A stretch of DNA of 63,635 nt, filler included, from Folioceros fuciformis (GCA_049999805.1; 15 parts of 15 records of this genome joined end to end with filler, not necessarily neighbours in it); one strand, 5' to 3'; positions 24,150 through 38,486 are shown, numbered from the whole stretch's first letter. Program-made: numbers and translations. Notes: generated by a model from the sequence alone, not told the origin.

Positions 24150-26310
24150 AGTCTACACCTGCCGCATGACAAATCCACTGGTTTCACTACAACCCCAGGG
24201 AGATGCCGGCGAAGTTGGAGATAAAATTCCCGATCAAGAATTATGTACATATCCTACATGCCCATGAACCTCGTCCGAGCTTCCCTGCATCTTGTCACCA
24301 TCCCATTTACTGTTGCTCACCTGCAAGCGAAGCAATGAGGCGTGAGCCTATTCGCCAACGCCGGCAGCAACAAAGCATTCACAACCAAGGATGGGACAGG
24401 ACAAACTCTGATAAGACAGCGCAGGGCTGCCAGGTGTTCACGTTGCTCGATCTCAAGATTATCAGCATTCGCTAACAGACTTGTCATCCAGACAATGGAC
24501 GAGTTATCCCTGCAGAGTTCCTGCCTCACAGATGCCTCAGCAGCTGCCATCGAGGCCAACATGCGCACCACCTGCAGAACATGGAAGGATACCATGGCGA
24601 TCACACACATCACAGACACGAAATGAAGACTTGAGATATATACTACTCACTTCCTGTCCAGAGGAGGTATCATGTGAGTAGTCGAGTGTACCTGAACGTT
24701 GAGCTCCATCTCTTCGCTAAGTTGCATAATATTCAACAAGAATGGGATGCCACCACGCTTCACGAACTTGTTGCGGTGTACGAGTCCAGGATCTCCCTGG
24801 CAGGCTTGCTCTAGTATACACAGGCCAGACTGCCGACATGGGGGAACGATACGTTACTACTGTCAAATTTGGTTGAAGCCAGGACGTGTCACGAAAGAAG
24901 AGCGAGCATGAGGGCGACAACATCACACAGTACCAGTAAAAGCTCAGAAGAGGTCTCGTTACTGCGGATTGCATTGAGTACAGGCTTCACCAAGCCAAGC
25001 TCAAGTACGCTGGCGCGAATGTCGGAAGTCTTGGACAACATAGTCTTCAACACGTGAAGAGCCTGAACAAGTTTTAACCACTCAAGTCCTGAGCAGCTAT
25101 TGATAAACCAGTAATCTCTCAACATGCTCAGGGATCAGTCAGTGCCTCACCTTGGTCGTAACTCTCTCTCCAGCATTTCCGCCAGCAACAATTTCAAGAA
25201 CGAGGCCAACGCAACCTGTCCTCATCAGCTCTTCCAGCACGCCTGGAAAGCCATGTGCCACAAAATTTTGCGTGCTCGTCATTAGCGAGGGAAGACTTGA
25301 TCAACCAAGCTTACCCAACCCTGAAGCACAGCCCACTTTACATACCATCCAGATTTGATTGGCAGAGGCAGACCACAGCATCCATACAAACGTTGTGCTG
25401 GCGCTCATCATGCTGCAGCGCAACGGGAGAAAATGAGCAGCCAAAGGTAAGGAAAACGGAAAGCGAAAACCCACGGCGAGATACTGTAAAGACATACCGC
25501 CTGGCTGACCATGACAGCCAATTTCCTTATGCCTCCAAGTCTCAGAAACTCAGGATAAACGGCTTCACAATGGCGGAGAAGGTTTCCCATGGAAAGGAGG
25601 GCATTGCATTTGACTGCCTCACTTTCTGCCGACATCAAAGCTACAAGTCGGATAGTTCCAATACCCTTGACCATCTGCGAAGGCCAGAGACAACCTCAGA
25701 TCTAAGATGGATCACACGCATCAAGAGATTGAGCAGGGCTTGGGACCTCCTCCCTCAATCGTCCAGACCAGGACAATCCACACAGGTACAGGACACACTC
25801 GAGTCATGCACCTTGTTTCGAAGGTTTTCCGCATAGTATGATGAGCCTGCTGTTAAAAGGGCGAGCAAATAGATAGCACCAGCCAACGCAGGGATATCTA
25901 CCGCTGAAGAGCCCAGAATCCGTACGACCAGGTCATAGCAACTATCGTCGTAGAGTGCAGCAAGCTCGCCCTCCAGTTCTTTGCTGCTCTTGTCATCACC
26001 ATGTTCGTCTTCCAGACAAGCGTCCTGAAAAGTGACTACACTCGTCAGATCGATACGGCAGAAAGGTGCTCAACACAAGAAGGGAGATAAATAGGAGAAG
26101 CCTCACCTGAAGCACAGTCAATGCTTTAAACAAGAGCTCATTAACAACAGCGTTGACAGATGAGGGTCGAAATTTGACGCGATTCGACGTGGCATATTGC
26201 ACGAGCTCAGCAGTGGACAGACTCTGAAGTTCAATGTCCATATGGCAGATTTCTTCCTCAGTATGAAACGAAAATCCTCCAACAAGCGGCACTACCACCA
26301 GCCTGCAAAG
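24150..26310 (-). CDS. Probable multi-exon armadillo/HEAT-repeat protein; ends unresolved
   Basis: Successive GT-AG-bounded helical exons: LVALMSAESEAVKCNALLSMGNLL..LGGIRKLAVMV, ALHVLKTML..ELGLVKPVLNAI, VVRMLASMAA..AALRCLIRV. Confidence 0.6.
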
Positions 26311-29300
26311 CGGAAACCATCGTCACGTTCTGACCAACCCCTCAACGCAACCACAGGTCTCCCCACCCACAAAATCAGACCCACGTCCACTTTCCGAGTG
26401 ACACACACCCACGACAGCCAATCTCAACGTGCTACAACAGGAAGAGACGATAACACAAATCAAAAGCAACAGGCAATTTAACACAGCAATCATGCGAGGC
26501 CATGAGCTCCACGGCACCCTCAATGTGGGGCGGGGAGCAGAACCCACATCCACAGATTAAGCAATTGACGCAGTGAAGTCGGGGGTAGTGGCTGGAACAG
26601 CGCAGAGCAGCAACGCGATGAAGGTGGGATGCGCGAAGAAAAGTACGAAGCCCAGGAAATTGGCCATTCCAGAACGGAATTGCACAAAGAACGGGTCAAT
26701 CAGACCGGCAAACGTAGCAGAGAAAGGGGCGGGATACGCGCACTTACTCTGGACGATAATCCTGGCACAGCGATGCTTCAAAGAATAGCCATGGCCGCAG
26801 GCTGTGCTGACGAAACAGACAAACGCTGAGCGAAGCACGGAGTGAGGCAGTGGCGAGTAGTGGACGGAAGCCTTGTGTCAGAGGCTGAAGAAAAGTAATA
26901 AAACGTGAATCGAAGCGCCTGGAAGTTGGAAACAGTAAAGGCGCGGGCGAGACGTCTCCGCAGTTTACCACCCACCGGACCGTTGGCCAGTGCACGGCCC
27001 AGCCCGAGGTTTGCCGTTTGGAAATGCGCGCGCCGTCTGCTTGGCCGTCCCTCCGAGGCCCGTCCGCCAGTCATCTCTTAACGGGATCTACCCTCGTTAT
27101 ATTCGCTTCCTCATCCTTAGCGCCACACGATGATAAAAGCTCCGCGATTTCCGTACTGGAAAATGCGCATCGTTCGTGGCGATACTGCCAGACGACCAAT
27201 CACGGGGCCGTAAGTAACGGTTTATTGCCACCAAACCGTATGGCGGGACAGTGAGCTGTGTACACGAGCTTCGCGGTTTCTTTCGTGCCGATGCCGGCTT
27301 AGTTTGAGGAGGCTCAGCGCATGCAACCAGGAACTGTGATCTCGCAGTGCACTGCGGTGACGAGCTGTACAGCTACGAGCGTTTTTTTCTTCCGTGTGGA
27401 AATGGTGTGCAAGGCCTGCTCCACCCCGTCCTGACGACCCCACTCTTGTCGTTGTCGGTGCGCCCGTGCCCTCCTTGCCGATATGTAGCTTCTTCGTGCT
27501 GTAGTACCTTCTTGGAAACCGATCCCTGTTGTTCTTGGCCCGTAGAAGTGAGATCCCACAATGGGGAGCTGCTTTCGTATGATTCAGCTGAGAGAATCTA
27601 CCGTTTTCAAGAGCTTATGGGAGACCTAATCCGCTGTTTTGCATGTGTAGGAGTGTGGGACCTGGTTGTGTCACGGAAAATCTGTGCCCCGGCTTGACGT
27701 CGCCTACTCCTGTTGCATGAAGGTACTGCGTCCCCCGCCAGCTAACCACCTCCCCGGGCACTGTACACAGTTCTACCGTCTCGACGATTTCTAGCCTCCT
27801 CGTGTTTCTGTTTCCTCTAGTGGTTGACATGAATCTGTTCAGGATTGACTGCGTTAGAACGTTTTCGACGACTTCTCGAGTATCCTATGTTGCAGAGTTG
27901 AAAATTGCAAAGGTTGAGGAGTGCGTACTGAGTTGACATTGCTACCGTTAGGGAGCATTTCAGCATCAGAGTCATCAGCCTGCCGGGAAGCCCGTGTGCA
28001 GAGGGACGAGTCCGGGACGAAAAGTTGAGTGGCGGTCTGAGCGCAGCAGCACGGTGGATACACATCTTTAGCTTTTTCTGTGTGCCCCCGCTCTATTGTG
28101 ATGGAGAGGGCAACGATGTACTTGGCATTGGACAATCAAGTCGTCGTCACCAACTGTATGAAGCGTGCAGCGGCATGGCACCCGGTGGTTGGGGAGATTT
28201 AGGTGATGGGGTGCTCCATATTTTTGTCGAGGATATCCTATGTCGTTGATCCCATCCCGACCTTCTATCCACGGATCTAGCACCATTTGTAGCTCGATTC
28301 CGGAAGACCCATACCTGTTCATTGAAATATGGCACGGAGTACAAATTCTGGAAATCGGGAAGAAGTCTACGTATTAATAGACCGACCGAGACATATGACA
28401 AATCCCTTACGTTCAGACTGGCCAACGACGGAGGGACAAATCGAGAAGATAGTCTTTCAATAGACCCGACCGGAATATACTTTCACTATCCCTTGCTTAA
28501 AGACTACCTAACAAAGGTGGTGGTGGTGCTGATGAGAGTCTATACACATAGAACAAAGGTGGTGGTGCTGATGAGAGTCTATACACAGAGAACGACCACA
28601 GTCCATGGTCATGGTCTTCATTTGCACACTTGGTCTTCATTTGCACACTTCTTTTTGCCTGGATTTCAAACATGGAGGTTGCAGTTAACATTCATGCTTT
28701 TTGCCTGGATTTCAAACATGCTTTTTGCCTGGATTTCAAACATGGAGGTTGCAGTTAACATTCATGTGTGTTCTTTTTAGAACTATGTTTCACATCTATA
28801 TAACACGACATACCAAAGACACAAAGAGTAATATATGATACCATAGATACAAAGAGTAATATATGATAGGTAGCTTGACATACTAGAGACACAAAGAGTG
28901 AAATATAATAGTTACAAACGCTTAAACACTTGATCTTTAACTTGAGGAATGGACTTGTATCGCCCTAGCTTATGATGGATGTCTTCAAGATTTCTAACAA
29001 GAATTCTACAGTAATATTAATGGGATGCAAGAATAAGTTGTTAACAACCTTAATAGATAACACTCTCCAGCAAGACAAATATACGCAATTAACATAAGAG
29101 TTTTTTGAAGTAGGTTTATACACATATATATCATAAGGTAGTTGAGCACTAAATATATATAGAAGAAGGTTGTACATGGCTTCCCATGGGGTCATGTAAA
29201 GATGTTGGTAGGAAAGCACTCGAAAATAAGGGGTTAAGGTTGTATATCTCTACACATATGGATATATGTGTAATGTATCATTTTACATACATAGTGTACG

Positions 29301-31011
29301 AATAGGAGTGTTTGTGCTATAAATGTTTCAAACCAAGATACATCCAAGGACACCCTAGGTGTACTCATGCCAGCCCATGAGCATGTCTGTTATCAGCCCT
29401 AGCATGGGCATGTCTGTTATCAGCCCTAGCATGGGCATGTTTGTTGTCAACCTTAGCATGGGCATGCCTAGGGTACATCCCTTGGGCATGCTCATGCCTA
29501 TGGCCATGGAGCTTGGGACACCAACTTCCCAGGCCGAGAGGCCCAATGTTTAGCCTTGGAATGGTCATACTTGGTCACCTATGAGACGTATCCTCGACCC
29601 AATATTTAGCCTTGGCATGGTCACACTTGGTTACCCTGAGAGGTATCCTCCTCGACATTGCATGTAGCTCCGGCATGGTCATGCTTGAGGCACCCCGAGA
29701 TGTATCCATGGGCAGGCCAATGGGCTAGCGCATTAGACGTTCCAATCCGGACACCCATCCCGGGTGCCTCGAGCATGTCCATGCTCATTCATGGCATGCC
29801 CATGGAACCCTAGGCATTGGACATGTTGTGGAGGATGCTCTTCACAAGTTTAAAAAAAGTCTCTTACAATGGCATCCCATCTAAGGGGATTTACAATATC
29901 GATTGACCCACACTCTATGCATGCAGTAATCGGGAACATTATCTTTACATTGCGATGAAAATCACATAGTTGTTGGTACCTCCCTCAGAAGCCATCAAAG
30001 GGCATTGGGATATAGGAGGGATGTAGTTGGCAATAGGGTTGGATGTAGGTAGGTGGGTGCATCCAATGAAGAAGGTGAAGATCATAGTGCCACTAAGCCA
30101 TATGTACAATGTAATCCATGTGCACCATCCCAATGCATGGGGCCACATTCTTGTCTGACTAATCACATCAGTTAAATTCATTGTACCATCAACAATGCCG
30201 ATAAGGGTTTAGTGCAATGAATCTAAGGGACCAATGGCAGCAAAGATAGTGAATGCAATAGCACACTTGTTTCGCTTGCCATGAACCAACTGCCCACTTG
30301 ATTGCTTTATTGAGTAGCATTAAAGATTGAAGACTCAAACTCCCAAATGAGAATGCCTAAAGACGATTCACTCATAATCTTGTCCAATAACACTACATCA
30401 GAAGGATGCATCAACTGGAAAATGTGTTGCTTTACGTTAGAGGTCCCTAGTTGCAAATGACATAGGTTCTATAAAGCACCGTGCAAGGCTCGGCCACTAA
30501 AAGGCCTTGTGTGGGGCCTCAATCGTGCAAGGCTCGGCCACTAAAAGGCCTTGTGTGGAGCCTCAACCGCATGACTTTCATAGAGGTTCCGATCTGTTAG
30601 AGTTAATTAGTGATTAACCGTATTTAACCTGCTTAGGTTAAATTATATTCAAGGGTCATACCCTTAGGGTTGCNNNNNNNNNNNNNNNNNNNNNNNNNNN
30701 NNNNNNNNNNNNNNNNNTTAATTAATTAANNNNNNNNNNNNNNNNNNNNNNNNNNNNNNNNNNNNNNNNNNNNAGGGTTAGTCTTCCATGGCTGAGGAAC
30801 CATTTCGGCTGGAAGCTGATCCCGCTGAATAAGCTACCGTTTTCAGGCCAGGTTCCGGCTGTTGATCCCATTGCCTCCCACCTCTTCTCTATCTTTCCCA
30901 CTTCTCATACTCCTCCCCTGGAGGCTGGCTCAACCACCAAGGGTGAACAGTTGCAGGGGAAGACTTAGCGGGCAGCCATCCAGCAAGGAAGAGGCGGCGT
31001 CCGCATATCTT

Positions 31012-32069
31012 TGAAGATCAGACATCCTCTAAAGTCTCAGGATAGTCTAAGAGGTGGTAGATCCTTGTGGTGGTAGGGCCAGCTCATTGGTGGCAGGATG
31101 TGCTAGAAGTCTAAATAAGTGGCTGGTGATAGCCGGCTAGGCTAGTGGTCCTATTAAAATAATATTTCTCAAGTTAGAGAGAGGTGAAGTCAGAGAGAGA
31201 GAGAGGCTCCTATAAGATCAGGTGAGCCTGTAGGAGGAGGGAGTCATTCACTTTGGGAGTCAGTCTATCTCTTCGTGAGCTCTTGGAGGTCCTCTCTTCA
31301 TGAGCTCTTGTGGTTTGTCCCTGCTTGGTTTAGGACCTGCAGTGTGTTGCCGGTTGTGCAACGTCTGGTAGGATCGCAAGCCGCATGTTGCCGGCTATAC
31401 AGTGTCTGGTAGGATCGCGGGCAGCGTGTTGCCGGTTGTATAGTGTCTGGTAGGATCACAAGGTGTAATGACCAAGGTGAAGGGGCTTGCCCCTAGCTCT
31501 TGATTCTAAAGGATGTGTCTTTCTCTCGACCTGTCCACTCTTGTTCCTTGCTTGGACAAGTGCTGTAGGCCAGCCATGTCTCATGGCCTCTAGTAAGGTT
31601 GTGGGGAGGAGATATCCAAGAGGGGAGTGTGTTCCCTTCTTTCTTTTCTTTGGGGTTAGTCTAGTGACTCTTGCCGGGTAGGAGGAGTCAGTAGGGAAGT
31701 GTAGAAGGTAGTGGTGTCATTGTTAGTTGCTGGTGTTGGTGCTAGAGTGAGAGAGTGAGTGAAGTGAGTGAGGGAAGTCGCGGATCTAAGAGGTTAGGGT
31801 CGTTGTAGTGACTGGAGTGAATTTGTGGGCACCGAGAGAGGTGCAACTGACCGCCGGACAGCGAGGCCTGTCCTACGTCTGATCAGAGCTGGAGGGGAGC
31901 CCTTGAATCCATCATCAAGTCGATCAAGTCCGAACCTCCATCCACAGCAGCAAGGAACCCCATCGCTCTTTCGTGGGAACGAAACCCAATGTCTCAAGGA
32001 CAGTGGGATAAGTGTGGCCACTAAAGGTGGAATCCGTTGGCAATCAGTGCCCGGGGTTTTGCCTCCACA
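31012..32069 (-). mobile_element. LTR family B, copy 3 (longest, at least 1.06 kb)
   Basis: Same TGTGGAGGC terminus at 32069, colinear with copy 1 over its whole length, with three internal 41-bp units. The 3' end (TCTTCA at 31012) is tentative. Confidence 0.85.
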
Positions 32070-32399
32070 GCCTACCCCATTTCCGTAGGTGGGGTGTCTA
32101 CCGTATAAGTACCTTCCCTACCTACGTAGGTATCTTCCATTTTCCCCACGTAGGTACTCTCTCTGCGTCTGTAGGTAGACATCTTACTATGTAGGTATCT
32201 TCTTATTCAAACCTACCAGAATAGAACTAAAAACTCCATAAAAACCTTCACCAGCCGCTCACTACCTACCATGGGCACTTGCCCAAAAACCTACCTTCCA
32301 CATGCCTCCCTTCGAACTATTATGAACAAAAAGAAACCAAGTTAGACTTTCCTAGACCGATTACCAAACTTTTCCGTTCCACACATGTAGAAGTTGGAC

Positions 32400-35300
32400 T
32401 GAACTCAAGGACTTGCACCTAAATGTGGAGGATCCTTGGAGAACTGATCCGGCTCTGCGGCACCCGGGCTCTCTTGCGTTTAGTCAGTCAAACCAACAGA
32501 GCAGCCCCATCCTGAGGGGACTGGATCGTATCTATATCCAATCCTCTCTGTTTGCCCGTGTGCAAACCTTTGCCATCATTCCTAGTACCGCCTTATCGGA
32601 TCATGCCCCGGTCTTGCTGAGCTTTTGCTGTTCGAAATCAGGTAACACCCCTACTGGCTCTGCAGGGAAGTTCTTCAGGATGAATACCTCTTTGCTCAAA
32701 CGTCCAGGGGTGTAAGAAGACATCAAGGATATCTTCACCAATTCTGCATTAATACCAAATACAATCCGCTGGACAAGTTTCTCAAAGCGTACAGGGAATC
32801 ATCTCAGTACCTCCGCAACCTAGGAACCAAGATCAAGTAGGAGGAAAGACGCGAGGAACAAGAGATTAGGTAGGTACTTGGTTCCTTGCAAAGACGAGCT
32901 AAAACTCAATAGCTCTCCCCAAAAGAATTCCAACAACTACAAGACGCTCTCTTCGCGGTGGATTCGTTTGAGGAACAAAAAGCTCAAGGCTAGTACAAAC
33001 GTGCCAAGGTGAAGTGGGCAGTGGAAGATGATTTGCCGAGACGTTCCTTCTTCAACATGCTGCACCAAAACCGTAGGAAAACCACCATCCCCCCTCTCCC
33101 GGATGCACAGGGCAACAGAATCTATGATCCGCGACTATTAAGACAGTTCATTGCTGGACACTTCAAGGATTTTTTCTCCTCCCTAGGCTCCCCCGATGGC
33201 TGGGAGGATAGGTGGAGTTGCTCCTATGGGAGCTACATGAGGAAAATCTCTAAAGTCCAAAGTCATGAGCTGGAAAGCCCTCTCAGCGTGGAAGAGCTTC
33301 ACCGGGCTCTGTTGGACATGCCGCTAGGTAAATCCCAAGGACCAAACGGAATTCCCAAGGAATTCTTTGTATAGGGCTGCAGATTCATGGAAAGCCCACT
33401 GCAAGCTGCGGTAGGGGACATCTAGGAAAGGAGCTCCATGGGACCGTCTGTAAACAAAAGTCTCATCACCTTGTTACCCAAGGTGCAGGCTTCATAGTCT
33501 ATTCTCAACTGGCGTCCAATCAATCTTCTTAACACACTGTACAAATTGCTTGCTAAGGTCCTCTCTAATCGCATCTCACATCTACTTCATGCATCCATCT
33601 TGTTAAACCACTTGCCATGTGGAGTCATGTGGTTAGATGCTCCTGAATCAATGTACCATCTCTCATCATTTTGCCCATCCTGTTCAGAGAGATGTTGCAT
33701 GGCAAACAACCTATCCTGGTCATTTCCAACATTACTAGAGGAGGCATAGTTCCCATGCTACCTTCCTTTTCCTCTCATGTCTGCTTGTTGCTTATAGCAG
33801 TCCTTAGCAATATGACCAACCTTTCCACAGTAATAACACTCTTTGTCTCTATTGGAATGGTCATGAGATAAAAAAGAACCATCTCTTCCTCTTGTGGCTC
33901 TACCTTCGCCTCTAAAACTTCCAAATCCTCTTTGGCCTTGCGCATTTCCTCCACGCCAATTGTCTTGCTGATTCTGCGTGTTCCGAGCATCACCCCGTCC
34001 TTGGAATGAACCACGACCTCTGTGGCCTCTCCCACGCTGGTTAGAAAACAAAATAGTGTCTCTCCCTTGAGACATATCTGAACCTGTGTTCAGACCAAGC
34101 TTAACTTCCTCATGCAGCAACAAAGCAACCAATTCATCCCAACTTGGGGACTCAGCTCTCACAGAGATTGATGTGTCAAAGAACTTGTATTCCTTGCCAA
34201 GTCCGCTCAGAGTAACTGCAACCATGTCATCTTCCGTCACACTTGCACCGATTGTAGCAAGCTGATTAGCTATGGTCTTCACCTCTGTTGTATACACGAG
34301 TATGGATCTACTACCTCGTGACAAGTTGTTGAACTGCTGCTTCAACTGGATTTTCCTAGCATGTGTGACATTCCCATAGTTCCTCATGAGTATGTCCCAT
34401 GCATCCTTCGGAGACTCACATCCCATGATCTATATGACCATAGCATTTGAAATACTTAAGGAGAGCCAGTGTAACACTTTACATGCTCTCGCAGTCCAAT
34501 GCTTGTGATCAATCTTTTTCTCCTGTGATGGAGTACGATCCATCTTCGCTTCACTCTCATCACCTGTGCAGCAGTCCCAATAGCCTCTACCTACCAAGAA
34601 GTTTTTCATCCTGAACTTCCACAAAGCAAAATTCTTGTTATCCAACTTCTCTCCCACAACCTGAGAGATATTGTCTGATCCCTGCACGTTAGCCATGATT
34701 CAAGCTCCTTTACGCACCAACACTTGTCCTACACCTTAGTTCAGTTGCCTTCTCTTGCTTGCTGTGCCACCAAGTCCCTTGTGGACAGATTGTCAAAACA
34801 CTTTCATGCGTCTTCCAACAGATGTTTTTGACAATCTTGAGTACAACTCCCTGCACTGCTATAGAGCTCCAGCACTCCACAAGCCTCAATCAAATCTCAA
34901 CAATTCCTAAATGTGCAGTTGACTCTTTGCTAAGCAAAAACAGCCTTTGCTCAAGCTTTCAAAAAACAAAAAAAACAGAACATTGTTTGCCAAGTTCAGG
35001 CCTTCCTCCTTGCAAATCCTGGGCCTGCTGTGGCTTCCACGGCCTGGTTGCCTCCAGTAGTTGCTGCTCTTCTTGAGTCTCTCTCCCTCTTGCGCCTCCC
35101 GGGCGCTCTTGCGCCTGTTGCAGCTTCCTACGCGCCTACGTCGCTACGCCTCTCAATGGCTTGCGTTGCGAGCCACCTTCACGCTCATGGCCATAGCCTC
35201 AAACCCCCACTATAGCTACCATGGCCGCCGGCGCTCTCTCTGGCTCTGATACCATGTTGAAATAGCACCACTAGCTTAGATGGACTCCACAGTACATTCC

Positions 35301-37100
35301 TTATGGTGCACAGGATGCTACATATATAGCCTTCAGGCGGGGCAACCCTCGATAAGGTAGCCTTAGTCTCGAGGGTGCAATATCCTGGTATATCCTGATA
35401 ACACTTAGGTGGTAGATAACTACGAGTTCAATATGGGATAATCTACACTATCCTAAGTGTTTTATGCTCTTAATAACAATTCAGTTAGAGCTTGATTTCT
35501 AACACATGATTGGATTGAGCCAGAACAGCAGGGATTTATCAAGAAACGGTGCATACTTGACAAACTTCTTCTAGTCAGGGAGGCGAAGTAGTGGATCCGA
35601 CACTCCAAGATGCCAGCGGTCATTATATCCCTCGACTTTCAAAAGGCGTAGACTCTATTGAATGGAACTTTCTCTGGAAAACCCTCAAGCACTTCGGGTT
35701 CGGGGAGAATTTCTGTCACTGGGTAGTTATTCTGACCGAAGATGCTGGTGCCAAAGTGGCGGTGAATGGTGAAATCTTGGAGCGCTTCTCCATCACCCGG
35801 TCTGTGAGGCAAGGATGCCCTTTGGCCCCAGCTCTTTTCTCCATCCTTACTGATTTACTCATATGGAGAATCAACTCGCACCCTGAAGTAGAAGGTATCA
35901 GAGATCCACTAGGCAAAGAATGCAGGATCTCTTGTTTGGCTGACGACACCATGCTGTTTTCCAAGGCTTATGAAAGATCGTTGCAAGCCATGATGCAGGT
36001 CGTTGAGGAGTTTGGCGTATTATCGGGGTGTAAAGTTAACTGGGCCAAAACGAAGATGATATGCCTAAACACAGGTGACAAAATCCCCATCCTGATGATC
36101 CATATCGAGCGCATTTGTGGAAACTAGTTCCACAAATACCTTGGTATCCCTCTACATGAGGGGGAGGAGGATGGGGAAATCGGGAAGTATATTGTTTCAA
36201 GGTTCATCAAGAAAGCTCAAGCCCTCCAAATATTACAGCTCTCCACAGTGGCCAGGGTAGTTGCCATAAACTACATGCTGACAGCAATGCTGTGGTATTT
36301 CCTATTCGTTTGGTCCCCGTCTCGAGCGGACATTGCCAGGCTGAAACAAACCATCAGAAAATTCTTATGGAGTAGGCCGGTGGAGGGAGAAGGCAACTGC
36401 CAAAAAGTAGCTCGAGATCTCCTGACTCAACCCAAACTTTAGGGTGGCCTAGTCTTAGTCGACCCGGTCCTCAAGACCTAGGCTCTTCATGCGTAGTGGG
36501 TGCTCAAAGCTATGGGTCCTCTGGACTTCCCATGGAAGAACTTCTTCATTGCTAGACTCCATAGTGCCCAACTTAGCAAGACTAGTCAACAGGGCATAGT
36601 GCATGTTCTTGCGGACCGCGTCCGGTTCGCTCAAGGGGAAGGGTCACCGCTATGGCACTCCATTTGGAGTATTTTCCACAAGGCTCTGGCTATGGCCTGC
36701 TGGGTTCCCCCGGATAAACGTTCAGAAGCTCTTGCATTACCTCTGTAGGGTCTACCCCACTGTGGTCACCAGATCAAGCACGTAGGATCAGAAGGTCCCA
36801 ACACTTTTGGAATGTCGGACTAAGGGGCATAGTGTTCCTGCCGGACATTTGGGACTGGTAATAGAAGTCATTAAAGTCTCCCTTCCAACTCCAAATGCAG
36901 TTCGGAATCTCTGCAACTTGTGCAAGAGTCATCTTAGACACTATACGTAGGGATTTGCTGGCTAGTCTAAGAGAAGTGATATCTCAAGCGGCCCCCAGAC
37001 AAGCGGGGGTCTTTGTTATGGTGGAAGCACCCACTAGACTTCCCAGATCCCCGCTCAATAGTATGTCAGTTTTTCAGCTGGGGCCTCCGGGTCTAGAGTT
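32400..37100 (+). mobile_element. L1-type LINE ORF2 (endonuclease C-terminus and RT), decayed and split by a Copia insertion
   Basis: LDRIYI..SDHAPV..FRMNTSLL, KSQGPNGIPKEFF, NWRPINLLNTLYKLLAKVL, EQQGFI, LDFQKA, VRQGCPLAPALF, LADDT. Confidence 0.9.
33591..35504 (-). mobile_element. Truncated Ty1/Copia (5' LTR 35255-35504, PBS, gag, start of protease) inserted into the LINE RT
   Basis: TGTT..AACA LTR, PBS TGGTATCAGAGC at 35254-35243, gag KLDNKNFALWKFRMKNFL..CYYCGKVGHIAKDC. The LINE frame HLLH-DWIEPEQ is restored on removal. Confidence 0.92.
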
Positions 37101-37297
37101 GGAGCAAGCGGATGAAAACCGGATCAAGTCGAGCTTGGGAGACATCAGACTGGTTGCACAGAGGCACGACATCAGGGAGTTCCTTGTCTCCCCTGTCACA
37201 GTTCTCTTTGGCTCTGCGAATGGCAGATGTTGGCAGATGCAGGACGAGATCATGTGCTCCCCCTCGTGTTGGGGAGGGGACACCGTCTGGTGGGGAC

Positions 37298-37873
37298 TGT
37301 GGAGGCAAAACCCCGGGCACTGATTGCCGACGGATTCCACCTTTAGTGGCCACACTTATCCCACTGTCGTTGAGACATTGGGTTTCGTTCCCACGAAGGA
37401 GCGATGGGGTTCCTTGCTGCTGTGGATGGAGGGTCGGACTTGATCAACTCGATGATGGATTCGAGGGCTCCCCTCCAGCTCCGATCAGGCGTAGGACAGG
37501 CCTCGCTGTCCGGTGGTCAGCTGCACCTCTCTCGGTGCCCACAAACTCACTACAACGACTCTAACCTCTCAGATCTGCGACTTCCTTCACTCACTCTCTC
37601 GCTCCAGCACCAACACCAACAACTACTAGCAACCAGCAACGACACCACTACCTTGTACACTTCCCTACGGACTCCTCCTACCCGGCAAGAGTCACTAGAC
37701 TAACCCCAAACAAAAGGAAGAAGGGAACACACTCCCCTCTTGGGTATCTCCTCCCCACAACCTTACCAGACGCCATGAGACATGGCCGGCCTACAGCACT
37801 TGACCAAGCAAGGAACAAGAGTGGACAGGTTGAGAGAAAGACACACCCTTTACAATCAAGAGCTAGGGGCAAG
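37298..37873 (+). mobile_element. LTR family B, copy 4 (partial)
   Basis: TGTGGAGGCAAAACC start, near-identical to copy 1, running to the contig edge. Confidence 0.85.
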
Positions 37874-38486
37874 NNNNNNNNNNNNNNNNNNNNNNNNNNN
37901 NNNNNNNNNNNNNNNNNTTAATTAATTAANNNNNNNNNNNNNNNNNNNNNNNNNNNNNNNNNNNNNNNNNNNNCCCCCTTCCTTTCCCGCCCACTACCTC
38001 CTCTTCCGCCGAGGCTCCTCTTCAATTCCCCTTCTTGCCTGCCCGCCGGCCTGCCCACCTAGCTCGGCAGCTCGCGGGATGAGCATTTCATGCCGGGAGT
38101 GCATTTGATCAAGGGGGCAATTGGGAGCAGCCCCGGCCGACATGTGTGAAGCTGCCCAGCTATGGTCCCCTCCGCTCGCCTGCACATTTGTGCTTTGGCG
38201 CCCGCCGGATGTCACGCCAACCAATTCCCTCTTCGCTCGTTGGCCCCTCGGCGCCCACGCGCGGATCTGACTTCTCCTTCTTGTTGCACTCTTCTCCTCC
38301 TGCCCAATTTCCCTTCTCCCGCCCACCAATTCCAGCACGTTTGGAATTAGACTGTGCAATTCCCCCCTTCCCCTCCCTCCACCTCCCTGTCGCTTCACCT
38401 ACAACCCCCTTTTTTCTCCGCCTCCTCTTCCTCCTCCTCCTGCCCCTGCCTCAATTCATTGCTGCCTGCCATGCTGGCTTCTTCCA

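Noticed and set aside
28500-28770. Short tandem duplications, one reading NKGGGADESLYT twice like a repeat-peptide precursor
   Set aside because: A stop lies between the two units, there is no signal peptide or gene context, and neighbouring duplications indicate local slippage.
29340-30570. CATG-rich degenerate repeats, Met/His-rich mini-ORFs and a 44-bp tandem duplication at 30481-30568
   Set aside because: Low-complexity repeat DNA with no supportable coding or element structure.
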